This document shows positions 24,857-36,051 of a stretch of 64,000 bases of DNA, piece by piece. Every line of letters begins with the position of its first letter. Position 1 is the stretch's first letter. Source of the stretch: Somniosus microcephalus (taxonomy: Eukaryota); the NCBI GenBank assembly GCA_052327205.1, contig CM126206.1, positions 92,876,001-92,940,000 of the forward strand, written 5' to 3'. The position numbers and the translations under genes are program-made. The notes below the pieces were generated by a model. The model was not told where the DNA came from. It did no database searches and was given only the letters and a program-made list of their open reading frames with translations.

Positions 24857-25534
24857 ATTAAGTATGAAGTTCTAATCTTACTGCAAGCGTTAATGATTCA
24901 GATTACCTGGCATAATGTTTTAATATTGATAAGCTGAAAGGGGAATTTTTTTGCCTAGATTTTAGGTTTTAGTTTTCAGCAGCTTGTAATTCAAACATCA
25001 TTACAGAGATGAGAGCAGGTGGAACAGTTTTCCTGAGGCAGTTGAACTGCTACCAAAAATCACTATGTTCATATTAACATTGTTCAAGTTAAATACATAA
25101 ACAGGAAGACCAAGGCTGCTATCCATTAATTCGGCATATCAACAGAAAAGGGCTAACTTTGCCAAGCATGTACTATAATCGTCAAAGCTGAACACTGTCG
25201 ATAAAGTATATTAAGTTGAGTACAGCTGAGCCTATGATGCAATAATCCTGAACTTAATTATGCTAAATTGAATAGTTAATATTTTGTTCTGCAAATATAC
25301 CAAGCCAATGTTCTGTTGATGATGATTAAGTTAAGCATCATCGTATCCTTGATTACAGAGAAGTAGCATAATAAAGTGATTGTCAGTAGCAAACCAAACT
25401 GCGTTATATCAACACCTTGTGGGTTAAATTGGATAGCCTCCGAAAATGGGCACGGGGATAGTGGTGCGCAATTAAGCCACGCCTGTTCAGTGTAATGCAG
25501 GCAGCCCACCAACATTGGGCTGCCTGCTCATTAT

Positions 25535-26020
25535 AATGGAAAACGCTGGAAAAACTCAGCAGGCCAGGCAACATCCGTGGAGAGAGAAACAGAGTTAACG
25601 TTTCAGGTCGAACACCCTTCATCAGAACTGGAAAAAAACAGAAAAGGGGATCGATTTTAAAGCAAGTAGGGACTGGGAGGGGATGAAAGAACAAAAGGGA
25701 AGGTCAGCGACAGGATAGAAAGCAGGAGAGATTAAGAGACATTGAGAGATATTAAGAGATATTCAAGGAACAAAGGATGGCTCTGGATGAAGTGTGAATG
25801 GCCCTGGCAGAATGAAGGACAGCTGCCATGTGGGAGGGAAGAAAAAAGCCCAGGCGAAAGTGTGGATTAAAAAAAGAGAACATTAAAGAGACGGAGAAAC
25901 TGGGAGAATGGAACAGAGTCCTTACAGGAGGCGGGGTGGGAGGAAGTGTAGTCCAGGTAGCTGTGGGCTTGTAGTGAATGTTTGTCAATAAACTATCCCC
26001 AGAGATGGAGACGGAACTGC
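25535..26020 (-). mobile_element. Internally deleted Penelope-like element (RT remnant plus pseudo-LTR)
   Basis: The minus strand encodes TNIHYKP../HSYLDYTSSHPASCKDSVPFSQFLRL (Penelope RT C-terminal motif), followed by a pseudo-LTR with a hammerhead core. Confidence 0.8.
25593..25629 (-). ncRNA. Minimal type-I hammerhead ribozyme motif
   Basis: AGUU-CUGAUGA-AGG(GUGUUCGA)CCU-GAAACGUU-AACU: intact core boxes, 4-bp stem I, 3-bp stem II and a palindromic ACGU stem III. This is the layout known from Penelope-like elements. Confidence 0.75.
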
Positions 26021-26084
26021 CTCATTCTCTTCCCCATTACCATGCACCCTCTGCATCAAATATTCATACCATTTTCCCTTAAAA

Positions 26085-27280
26085 GGTACAATACAGAGGT
26101 GAGGTGAGAGTGACTGCCCTTGACACCAAGGCAGTATTTGACAGAGCGTGGCATCAAGGAGCCCTAGTAAAACTGAAGTCAACGGGAATCGCCGGGAAAT
26201 CGCTCCACTGGCTGGAGTCATACCTAGCACAAAGGAAGATGGTAGTGGTGGTTGAAGGTCAATCCACACAGCCCCAGGACATCGCTGCAGGAGTTCCTCA
26301 GGACAGTGACCTAGGCCCAACCATCTTCAGCTGCTTCATCAATGACCTTCCCTCCATCATAAGGTCAGAAATGGGGATGTTCGCTGATGATTGCAGTGTC
26401 CAGCGCCATTCACAACTCCTCAGATAATGAAGCTGTCCATGCCCACATGCAACAAGACCTGAACGACGTTCAGGCTTGGGCTGATAAGTGGCAGGTAACA
26501 TTCGTGCCACAGAAATGCCAGGCAATGACTATCTCCAACAAGGGAGAGTCTAACCACCTCCCCTTGACATTCAACGGTATTACCATCACCGAATCCCCCA
26601 CCATCAACATCCTGGGGGTCACCACTGACCAGAAACTTAACTGGACCAGCCACATAAATACTGTGGCAACAAGAGCAGGTCAGAGGCTAGATATTCTGCA
26701 GCGACTGTCTCACCTCCTGACTCCCCAAAGCCTTTCCACCATCTACAAGGCACAAGTAAGGAGTGTGATGCAATATTCTCCACTTGCCTGGATGAGTGCA
26801 GCTCCAACAACACTCAAGAAACTCGTCACCATCCAGGACAAAGCAACCCACTTGATTGGCACCCCATCCACCACCTTAAACATTCACTTCCTTCACCACC
26901 GGCGTACCATGGCTGCAGTGTGTACCATCTACAAGATGCACTGCAGCAACTTGCCAAGGCTTCTTCGACAGCACCTCCCAAATCCGTGACCTCTTCCACC
27001 TAGAAGGACAAGGGCAGCAGGCGCATGTGAACACCACCATCTCCAAGTTACCCTCCAAGTCACACACCATCCTGACTTAGAAGTATATCGCCGATCCTTC
27101 ATCGTCGCTGGGTCAAAATCCTGGAACTCCCTCCCTAACAACACCGTGGGACTACCTTCACCACACGGACTACAGCGGTTCAAGAAGGCAGCTCACCACC
27201 ACCTTCTCGAAGGCAATTAGGGATGGGCAATAAATGCTGGCCTTGCCAGCGACGCCCACAACCCATATACGAATAAAAAG
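26085..27280 (+). mobile_element. CR1-group LINE (a family distinct from the main CR1), RT and 3' end, frameshifted
   Basis: ALDTKAVFDRAWH, AGVPQDSDLGP, MFADDC, IYKAQVRSVMQY, and tail GGGCAATAAATGCTGGCCTTGCCAGCGACGCCCAC...AATAAAAA. Confidence 0.88.
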
Positions 27281-27760
27281 TGTTTGCTTCGACCACTCCC
27301 TGCGGCAAATCATTCCATGCTCCAACAATACGCTACATAAAGAAATTTCTCCCAATCCCTGTGACCATTTCAAATTGATGACCCCTCATGACAGACTCCT
27401 CAGCCAGAGAAAGTCTTTTTCCTACTCATCCTATTAAAAACATTTATAAATTTTAAAGATGTCTATTAAATATTCTCTTAGCCTTCTCTACTCCAGTGGA
27501 AATAGTCTCAGTGTCTCAAAGTCTCTCCTCATAACTTTAGTTTCCCTTCCTTCATCATCCTGGTGAATCTACATTGTATGCTCTCTGTAGTTTCAATGTC
27601 TTTTCTCTAATGGGGTACCCAAAACTACTACACAAGCTGTGACTTAGCCAATGTATTGTACAAAATAAGTTATAGACATATCAAAGGATAAAGAAAGCTT
27701 GTAATTAAATTTTATATTTAAAAGCATTCCAGATTTATATAAAAACAAACCAAATCTTAC

Positions 27761-27961
27761 TGCTTGTTTCCACACGGTAACCAGCTGCTCCAGTTCTAAT
27801 CTGGCCTGCCTGGATAGTTCTAAGATACGCTCTCGGTATTCATGGCTTGTATATGCAGAATCTGTGAAGTCTTCTGTATGCTCCAGGATTAACTCGAGCA
27901 TCATAGTGAGGTTTTCCTTAGACATTCCATGCAAGTTGTCTCGTAAACCTTCAACCTTCAT
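27761..27961 (-). CDS. CTNNAL1: alpha-catulin exon: MKVEGLRDNL...EDFTDSAYTSHEYRERILELSRQARLELEQLVTVWKQA
   Basis: 201 nt, TTATTTAG acceptor, GTAAGA donor. Contains the diagnostic EDFTDSAYTSHE.RERIL motif. Confidence 0.97.
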
Positions 27962-28293
27962 CTAAATAAGCAGAAAGGCTAATTAATAAAGTTAGTGGTA
28001 AAATATGTACATTTTTAAACATTCAAAATTTTTAGTTGGAACTTTTATATAATTACATTCTTTGGCATAATTAAATGAAACATTTGATCTGGCAGATTCA
28101 ATGACCACTTAACTGCATTCGATGGACTTAGGTAAGTTAGAATTCAATGGAATTTCACCCAGTTTATCTATCTAAGCTTTGTAAGCTATTTCAATAAACA
28201 TTCTCATTAACTTATTTCCTTCATTGTTGTCATTTATTTCTCATGCTCTCTCTAATTAGGTTTCCCTGTCCATGTACCATTCTCCACCAGAGA

Positions 28294-29031
28294 TACTACT
28301 ACTGCTTAGGCAGTCCCTCGGAACCGAGGATGACTTCTTCCACACTAAAAATGAGTTCTCAGGTGACTGATCAGTCCAATGCGGGACCTACAGTCTCTGT
28401 CACAGGTGGGGCAGACGGTAGTTGAAGGGGCGGGTGGGTGGGGTGCTTGGGTTGACGTGCGTTCCTTGCGCTGCCTGCGCTTGGTTTCCGCTTGTTCCCA
28501 GCGAAGAGACTCGAGGTGTTCGGCGCCTTCCGGATGCTTCTCCTCCACTTTGTGCGGTCTTGGGCCAGGGATTCCCAGGTGTCACTTTTTCCAAGGAGGC
28601 TTTGAGGTTGTCCTTGAAGCGTTTCCTCTGGCCACCTGGGGCTCTCTTGCCGTGTTGGAGCCCCGAGTAGAACACTTGTTTTGGGAGTCTCGTATCGGGC
28701 ATGCAGACGATGTGACCCAACCATCGGAGCTGATCGAGCGTGGTCAAAACTTCGATGTTGGGGATGTTGGCCTGAGCGAGAACACGGACGTTGGTGCGCC
28801 TATCCTGCCAATGGATTTGCAGGATCTTGCAGAGGCAACATTGGTGGTACCTCTCCAGTGCTTCGAGGTGCCTGCTGTACATGGTCCATGTCTCTGAGGC
28901 ATACAGCAGGGCGGGTATCACTGCTGCTCCGTAGACCATGAGCTTAGTGCCGGGTTTGAGGTCCTGGACTTCAAACACTCTCTTCCTCAGGCGACCGAAG
29001 GCTGCACTGGCACACTGAAGGCGGTGTTAGA
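28294..29031 (-). mobile_element. RTE-clade (BovB-like) LINE, 5'-truncated
   Basis: VIPALLYASETW...QLRWLGHI...RLPKQVFY, (AGT)n tail, and a perfect 24-bp TSD CCATGTACCATTCTCCACCAGAGA at 28270-28293 and 29032-29055. Confidence 0.93.
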
Positions 29032-29329
29032 CCATGTACCATTCTCCACCAGAGACAACCAAAGAGGTGTGAAACAGAAATGTTCAGTGAACAGATTTTC
29101 TCTTTCTCATTCTTAAGAACTGTTTCATTGCCATTTGACAATTGTTCAAGAATGATCTGGCTAAGATAGACAATCTCACCATGTAGGAATACTAAGAGAG
29201 AACACAAATCTTTCATTCTGCAGCCAGCATCTTAATATACAAAATATACTATGCTACAGGCTCCCCATTATAAGTAATAATATTTCATTCTATGCTTAAT
29301 TAAAATCACAGTAAGATAAGCGATAGAGT

Positions 29330-29745
29330 GCAGCTTTCTGGAAATTGGCTGGTACTGTGGTTTTGCCCACAATACCTGTGTGACCAGAGGTTCAATCGAG
29401 CCCAGGTTGAAAGGACGAATGTCTCTCCTCTTTGTCACGAATGAGTTTTATATAAATAGTTTTGGACAATTTCAACCTAGCGCGTTGTGAAAATACTCGC
29501 ACATTAAACTGCTAATAATTTGGCACTAAATTAGCAGTTTCATTCAAAGAGGGCATAAAGATGACTGATGTAGGAAATGTAAAAATCCATATTAATGTAA
29601 TTGGGAGGTGCTCTTCTGAGAATGACTGATTCTATACCTAGCTATCCTATATATGTCATATAAGATTGTTCATGGAAATTGTGAGAGAAGTGAAATCTCC
29701 CACTACCCACCATTGTTATCATCCATTTTGATATATGTAAAATTC
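29330..29745 (+). mobile_element. Ancient LF-SINE-like SINE remnant
   Basis: B-box-like GGTTCAATCGAGCCCAGG and TTTGGCACTAAATTAGCAGTTTTCA, resembling 16620-17020. Confidence 0.4.
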
Positions 29746-30510
29746 AGTAAAAATAATTGCATTTTTTGTATTTTTCCTCATCTAACGGCAATGCACTTAC
29801 AAAAATAAATCACAATATACACAATGCACAGATTTGAAAATTATAGCCATTGCTTCTGTTTTGGTCTATTAGTTCATTATTAATCAGAATTCCGTTACAG
29901 AACCAAACCATCAGCATCTCCCATACTAGAATCATAGAAAGCTACAGCACAGGAACCTACTGTTCAGCTCATGACGTCTATGCTATTGTTTTTCTCCATG
30001 ACTCATGTAATCTAATCCTACTCTCCTGCTAACTCCCCCATACACTTTAAACAACTAGTTCAAACAACTCGTTGCATATTAAAAGATTTTATACAGATTC
30101 AGTTTCAACAATGGTTTGAGGTAGACAATTCCACATTCTAACCACGCCATGTAATTTTTCTTCCCCTTAAATTATTTTTCTGATTTTCTTAAACTGGTGC
30201 CCCTCTCATTACTCTCTTACCAACTAGTGGAAATAATCCATCATTATTTACCATATCATAATCTTTCATACCTCTTGTTTAAAAAGCAACCCCTCTTCCA
30301 GGCACAAGGAGCAGGCTTCCATCATGATACAACCGAAAGTGAAGATGGGGTGCAATTGGGGCACAGACTTGGCATAATGGGTTTCTGGACATTTTTCCTC
30401 TGCTGTGCATCTCAAACATAGGCACACTTGGGTGTACCCAGCAAAGGCAAAATCAACCAATGGTAATTTACCAACAGCTGATGTAAGACTATCCAGATTA
30501 TAATTTCCAG

Positions 30511-30589
30511 GTCATCAACCTGAAAGAGTAACTGCCTCTCTCTCCACAGATGCTGCCTGCTGAGTATTTCCAGCATTTTCTGTTTTTAT
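30511..30589 (+). mobile_element. Short Penelope pseudo-LTR fragment
   Basis: CCTGAAA...CTCCACAGATGCTGCCTGCTGAGTATTTCCAGC, flanked by TTATAATTTCCAG at 30498-30510 and 30590-30602. Confidence 0.7.
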
Positions 30590-30966
30590 TTATAATTTCC
30601 AGTCTTATCTCTCCGTTTCTGAAGCGGGAAGTCACATTTCCACCCTCCGGTCCCCTGGCAGAATTTTCTTTTCCAAAGGATTTTGAAAAATTGTAGTCAG
30701 AGCCTCTATGTCTTCCCTCGCTTCCCCAAAGCTCCTGAGATATAAACCATCGGGTCCTGGTGACTTATCCACCTTAAATTTTAGTCACTTCTTTAGTACA
30801 ATTTGAATAATAACCTCCATTTGCTATTTTATGCCTACCTCTGGTGGTTCTACAATCCCAAATCCACCCCTCTGTGATAACTGGGTCATAGTAAGTAAGT
30901 CATTAGCTCTGCCATTCCCTCATGCTGCATCCATTCTAGTGGCCTCATCCTACCTGGGATATATAT

Positions 30967-31419
30967 ATCACCCCTGTGCTTGCTGACCTACATTGGCTCC
31001 CAGTTAAGCAGTGCCTCCTTGTTTTCAAATCCCTCCATGGCCTCGCCCCTTCCTATCTCTGTAATCTCCTTCAGCCCCACAACCACCACCACCCCCCCCC
31101 CCCCCCAGAGATATCTGCGCCCCTCTAATTCTGCACTCTTGAGCATTCCTGATTATAATCACTCAATCTTTGGTGGCCGTGCCTTCTGTTGCCTAGGCCG
31201 TAAGCTCTGGAATTCCCTCCCTAAACCTCTGTCTCTCTACCTCTCTTTCCTCCTTTAAGACGCTCCTTAAAACCTACCTCTTTGACCAAGCTTTTGGTCA
31301 CCTGCCCTAATTTATCCTTATGTGGATCGGTGTCAAATTTATTGTCTTAAAATACTCCTGTGCAGCGCCTTGGGACGTTTTACTATGTTAAAGGCGCCAT
31401 ATAAATACAAGTTGTTGTT
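30967..31419 (+). mobile_element. L2-clade LINE 3' fragment (same family as 17038-17563)
   Basis: ATCACCCCTGTGCTTGCTGACCTACATTGGCTCCC...AAAGGCGCCATATAAATACAAGTTGTTG. Confidence 0.85.
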
Positions 31420-31514
31420 ACACGAAAGCCTTTTATTCTTGCCCTTCATGTTGTTTTGCTAAACTTTCTCAACCTCCTGCTTAATCCACCTTTTTGTAGC
31501 ATTTACATTACCTT

Positions 31515-31802
31515 ATGAGGGGACATAATCTTAAAATTAGATCTAGGCCATTTAGGAGGGAAACCAGGAAGCACTTTTTCACACATATGAAATTCTATCC
31601 TCCAAAAGGCTGTGGTTGCTGGGACAATTGGAGCTTTCAAGGCTCGATAGGTTTTTGTTGGGCAAGCATATCAAAAGATATGGAACAAAGGTGGGACAAT
31701 GGAGTTGAGGTACAGATCAGCCATGATCTAACTGAATGGTGGAGCAGGCTCGAGGGGCTCTCTGGCCTACTCCTGTTCCTATCTTCTTATGTTTTCTATG
31801 TT
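31515..31802 (+). mobile_element. CR1 3' end fragment
   Basis: RGHNLKIR...FFT, 3' stem-loop and TTCTTATG tail. Confidence 0.75.
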
Positions 31803-32291
31803 ATTTATATCTGTCCTGGCTTTTTATTTAATTATTTGCCCTGTAAGCACAATTTTTTTTTAAAGTTTCAAATTCAATCTAATCTCCCTATTTATCCACA
31901 GACAAAGCCTTTGTTACACTCTCCTTTTTCCATACCTAGAATATATTTGATTTTTACCCTTTCCATCTCCTGTTCACATATTTATTTTTGCTGATCAAGA
32001 GTTCTCTTTCCCAATTTTTCCTTCCATTTAATCCAGACAAAGTCCCTCTTTTAATCTGGTTAAAATTGGCTTTGTTTCAGACAATCACCCTTGTTCATAT
32101 TTTTCCCCTTTTCTATCCTTACACTGAAACTAATTATAATGCGGTCACTGCTTCCTAAATATTTCCCTACTTTTAGGTCACCTCTTTGCTCCACTTCATT
32201 ATAAACCAGGTCAAGTAGTGCTTCCTCCCTTATTGGAGCAACACAGAAAACAGTCTGGGATACTTATATTCTATGCCTCGGCTAATGAAGG

Positions 32292-33550
32292 CAAGAGCAG
32301 GGAGGTTATGATGGAGCTGTACAAAACGCTAGTTAGGCCACAGCTGGAATACTGTGTGCAGTTCTGGTCGCCACACTATAGGAAGGGTGTGATTGCATTA
32401 GAGAGGGTGCAGGAGATTCACCAAGAAGGTAAGAGCCCATGGGATCCAGGGCAATTTGGCACATTGGATCCAAAATTGGCTTAGTGGCAGGAGGCAGAGG
32501 GTGATGGTCGAAGGTTGTTTGTGACTGGAAGCCTGTGTCCAGTGGTGTACCGCAGGGATCGGTGCTGGGTCCTTTGCTGTTTGTAGTGTACATTAATGAT
32601 TTAGATATGAATGTAGGAGGTATGATCAGTAAGTTTGCAGATGACACGAAAATTGGTGGAGTGGTAACTAGCGAGGAGGGAAGCCTCAGGCTACAGGACG
32701 ATTTGGCGGGTTGGTCAGATGGGCAGAACAGTGGCAAATGGAATTTAACCCTGAAAAGTGTGAGGTGATGCATTTTGGGAGGACTAACAAGGCAAGGGAA
32801 TACACAATGAATGGTAGGATCCTAGGAAGGACAGAGGATCAGAGGGACCTTGGTGTGCATGTACATAGATCCCTGAAGGCAGCAGGACAGGTAGATAAGG
32901 TGGTTAAAAAGGCATATGGGATACTTGCCTTCATTAGCTGAGGCATAGAATATGAGAGCAGGGCGGTTATGATGGAGCTGTACAAAACGCTAGTTAGGCC
33001 ACAGCTGGAATACGGTGTGCAGTTCTGGTCGCCACACTATAGGAAGGATGTGATTGCATTGGAGAGGGTGCAGAGGAGATTCACCAGGATGTTACCTGGC
33101 TGGAGCGCTTCAGCTATGAAGAGAGACTGGACAGGCTGGGGTTGTTTTCCTTAGAGCAGAGAAGGCTGAGGGGGGGCCTGATTGAGGTGTACAAAATTAC
33201 GAGGGGCACAGATAGGGTAGATAGATAGGAACTTTTCCCCTTAGTAGAGGGGTCAATAACCAGGGGGCATAGATTCAAGGTAAGGAGCAGGAGGTTTAGA
33301 GGGGATTTGAAGAAAAACTTTTTCACCCAGAGGGTGGTTGAAATCTGGAACTCACTGCCTGAAAGGGTGGTAGAGGCAGAAACCCTCACAACATTCAAGA
33401 AACAATAAGATGAGCACTTGAAACGTCATAGCATACAAGGCTACGGACCAAGTGCTGGAAAATGGGATTAGAATAGACGGGGCTTGATGGCCGGCGCGGG
33501 CACGATGGGCCGAAGGGCCTCTTTCTGTGCTGTATAACTCTATGACTCTA
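32292..33550 (+). mobile_element. CR1 LINE 3' portion with a duplicated internal segment placed at its 5' end
   Basis: SGVPQGSVLGP, KFADDTK, LVRPQLEY and (ACTCTATG)n tail. 32292-32422 repeats 32955-33085. Confidence 0.9.
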
Positions 33551-33599
33551 GTCCTGAACATAGTGCAAAAAGAAAATCACCCCTTCTCACCACAAACTT

Positions 33600-34055
33600 T
33601 TTAATATATATTCTCAGGTTGTGGGTGTTGCTAGCAAGGCTGACATTTATTGCCCATTCCTAGTTGCCCTGAGAAGGTGGCGGTGATGGGCCGCCTTCTT
33701 GAATAGCTGCATTTTTTGTAGCAGTTTAATACAACTGAGTAACTTGCTGGACCGCTTCAGAGGACAGTTAAGAATGAAGCACTTTAGTGTGGGACTGGAG
33801 TCACATATAGGCTAGACAGAGTATGAACAGCAGGTTTCCTTCCCTCAAAGATATTAATGTACCAGTTGGGTTTTTAACGACAATCTGACAGTTTCACAGT
33901 CACTTTTTACTAATGCCTGCTTTTTATTTCCACATTATTTTAAACTGAATTCAAATTCTTAAACTGCCATGGTGGGATTTGAACTCGCCTTTCTCTGGAT
34001 TATCGGTCATGGCCTCGGAATTACCAGTCCAGTAAAATAACCATTACTCTGCTGT
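33600..34055 (-). mobile_element. tRNA-derived SINE with a LINE-derived 3' tail
   Basis: Minus-strand B-box GAGTTCAAATCCCACC. The tail matches the 3' end of the LINE at 27170-27280. Confidence 0.75.
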
Positions 34056-34952
34056 ATCCCCCTTTCGCTGTCTGTTTCTGGGTAACTAAAACCTCCTGCA
34101 ACTATGAGTCTGTTGTTATATCTCTCTAATTTGTCTACACGTTTTACCCTTGGTTTCCTTTCCACTATTCTGCAGTCTATAACATAGTCCCAGTAACAAT
34201 ATTAGGTGTATTCTGTATAGTAATTGCATGTCCCACTTAAAACTACAAAATTTGGATAAGATGCAAGAGAATAAATGCGTCAATGTTGCGTTTTTGTGAC
34301 ATTTAGCGCAATTATTTCTATTCTTGTTGAAGACTCAATATTTTAAATTGCAGCATATTCACCTCCTGTTGTATCATTTGTTAGAAAATGGCTTCAAATT
34401 AGGACTTAAGTATAGGATTAATAGTTCATGGAAAAGCTCCAGGTTGCATTTCTGATCAACACGTACTATTGTACCACCTCCCGATGACAAGCAATCCCAG
34501 CAGCAATGAGCTAAGCTTTTCTCTGACATGCCCACGTGTTGTCATGAATCAGTGTTTGCAGATTTTACTGCAAAGCAAACCGCACAGTAAGAGCTATTTA
34601 TAAATGCAGAGCATTAGCTTAACCAAACAGATCTGTTAGCACAGCAATGTTTGTTTCGAAACAGAACTGTAGCAGATTTCATGTATTAATCATTTAAAGC
34701 CATTTTGGCAAAATGTGCTCGCATGACATTCAAACTGTCCGCTATTTGAGCGGAGGCATCAACCCCTTTAAAATAACTGGGTTAACACCTGCATGAAAAC
34801 AGTGCAGAGAAGAATGGCATACAAATATGTTAAGTATTTATCTGGTAAGAGCAGCAACAGGAATGTTTATGCTCTTGAAGCTTTTGTGTAAGTAGTTGAA
34901 ATAACAGATGTGCACTATGCAATTTTCATTTAACTTATTCTCGCTTTCTTAC

Positions 34953-35123
34953 TTTAAATTCTTTGATGTCAGCATAGATACTGGTGGGATGGATTTCATT
35001 TTCACCATTCTGTCTTGAATCCGTGACAATCTCTATCACCTGATCTAAAGCCAGCCTCATGCGATGGAAAACGCCTCCCTTGTTTATTCTTGCTGATTCA
35101 CAGTCTGGATGCCGAAGACAAGT
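34953..35123 (-). CDS. CTNNAL1: alpha-catulin exon: TCLRHPDCESARINKGGVFHRMRLALDQVIEIVTDSRQNGENEIHPTSIYADIKEFK
   Basis: 171 nt, TTTCTAG acceptor, GTAAGA donor, phase 0/0. Absent from the ORF track; translated by hand. Confidence 0.96.
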
Positions 35124-36051
35124 CTAGAAAGCATAATACTGTATTAGTATCACAATACTTATACCACCATAATCAATAGCAATACTCCACAGATACAAAT
35201 CAGAATGTGACTGCATGCATCTCCGGATTGCAATTGCGACTGTACAATTGGGCACCTAAAGTCATGCTGAAATCTACTTTCGTCAAATATAATTTCAGAA
35301 TTCCATTGAGCTCATATGATTCACATATTAGCTTTAAATGACAGTGTTCTCTTGTTTAAATATTGTACATTTCTTCTGGGTTACACTTTGTGAAGTGTTT
35401 CACAGTAATTTCCTATTTACGGATATATTTTTGTAGCCCATTCATAATTGCACACAACAAACGACTGAGCCTAATTCGCACGTTTAAGAATGCTGACCAA
35501 TTGCACCGTTTCACTCCAGGTAGCAGTTTAAAGGAGCAATCCTGCTGGCTGTGTCATTAGAGGTAGAAATAGTGATCCTACCATAAATACTGCATAAAAC
35601 AGGCTTTTAAAAACATCTTTAAAAAAGCAATGGCGTGATGTTGGTTCTGAATGCAGGGTGTTTGCAGGTTTAAGCATCTTCTATCTTACAGCCCAAACAA
35701 CTGCCCAATAGTGTGCAGTATATTGGCACACAACTGGCAGAAATTGATGACCGGTTACCATTAATTTTTTATCTCTGTATAAATAGTACTTCTTTAAAAC
35801 AGGAGAAAGTAGACTTACAACAATGTAGATATTTATTGATAGACCACAACAAATTGGAAATTGCACATCTTTCATTAGGTTCTGTTATAGCTGAACGGTA
35901 ATTCACGAAACACTTAAGCCCAGATAATGTGCTGTAAGACTTCACACATTTTTCTTAAGCTTCTTAAACTGCTCTCTGTACTTCTGGTGTTCAAAATTAA
36001 TGAACCAACATGGCAATGAACTGCTCCAACTGGGGGCAACTGAGAAGTAAA

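Noticed and set aside
33960-34055. tRNA gene (B-box GTTCAAATCC)
   Set aside because: It is the head of a SINE with conserved body and LINE tail, and I could not fold a cloverleaf. The same applies to 8730-8810 and 59345-59435.
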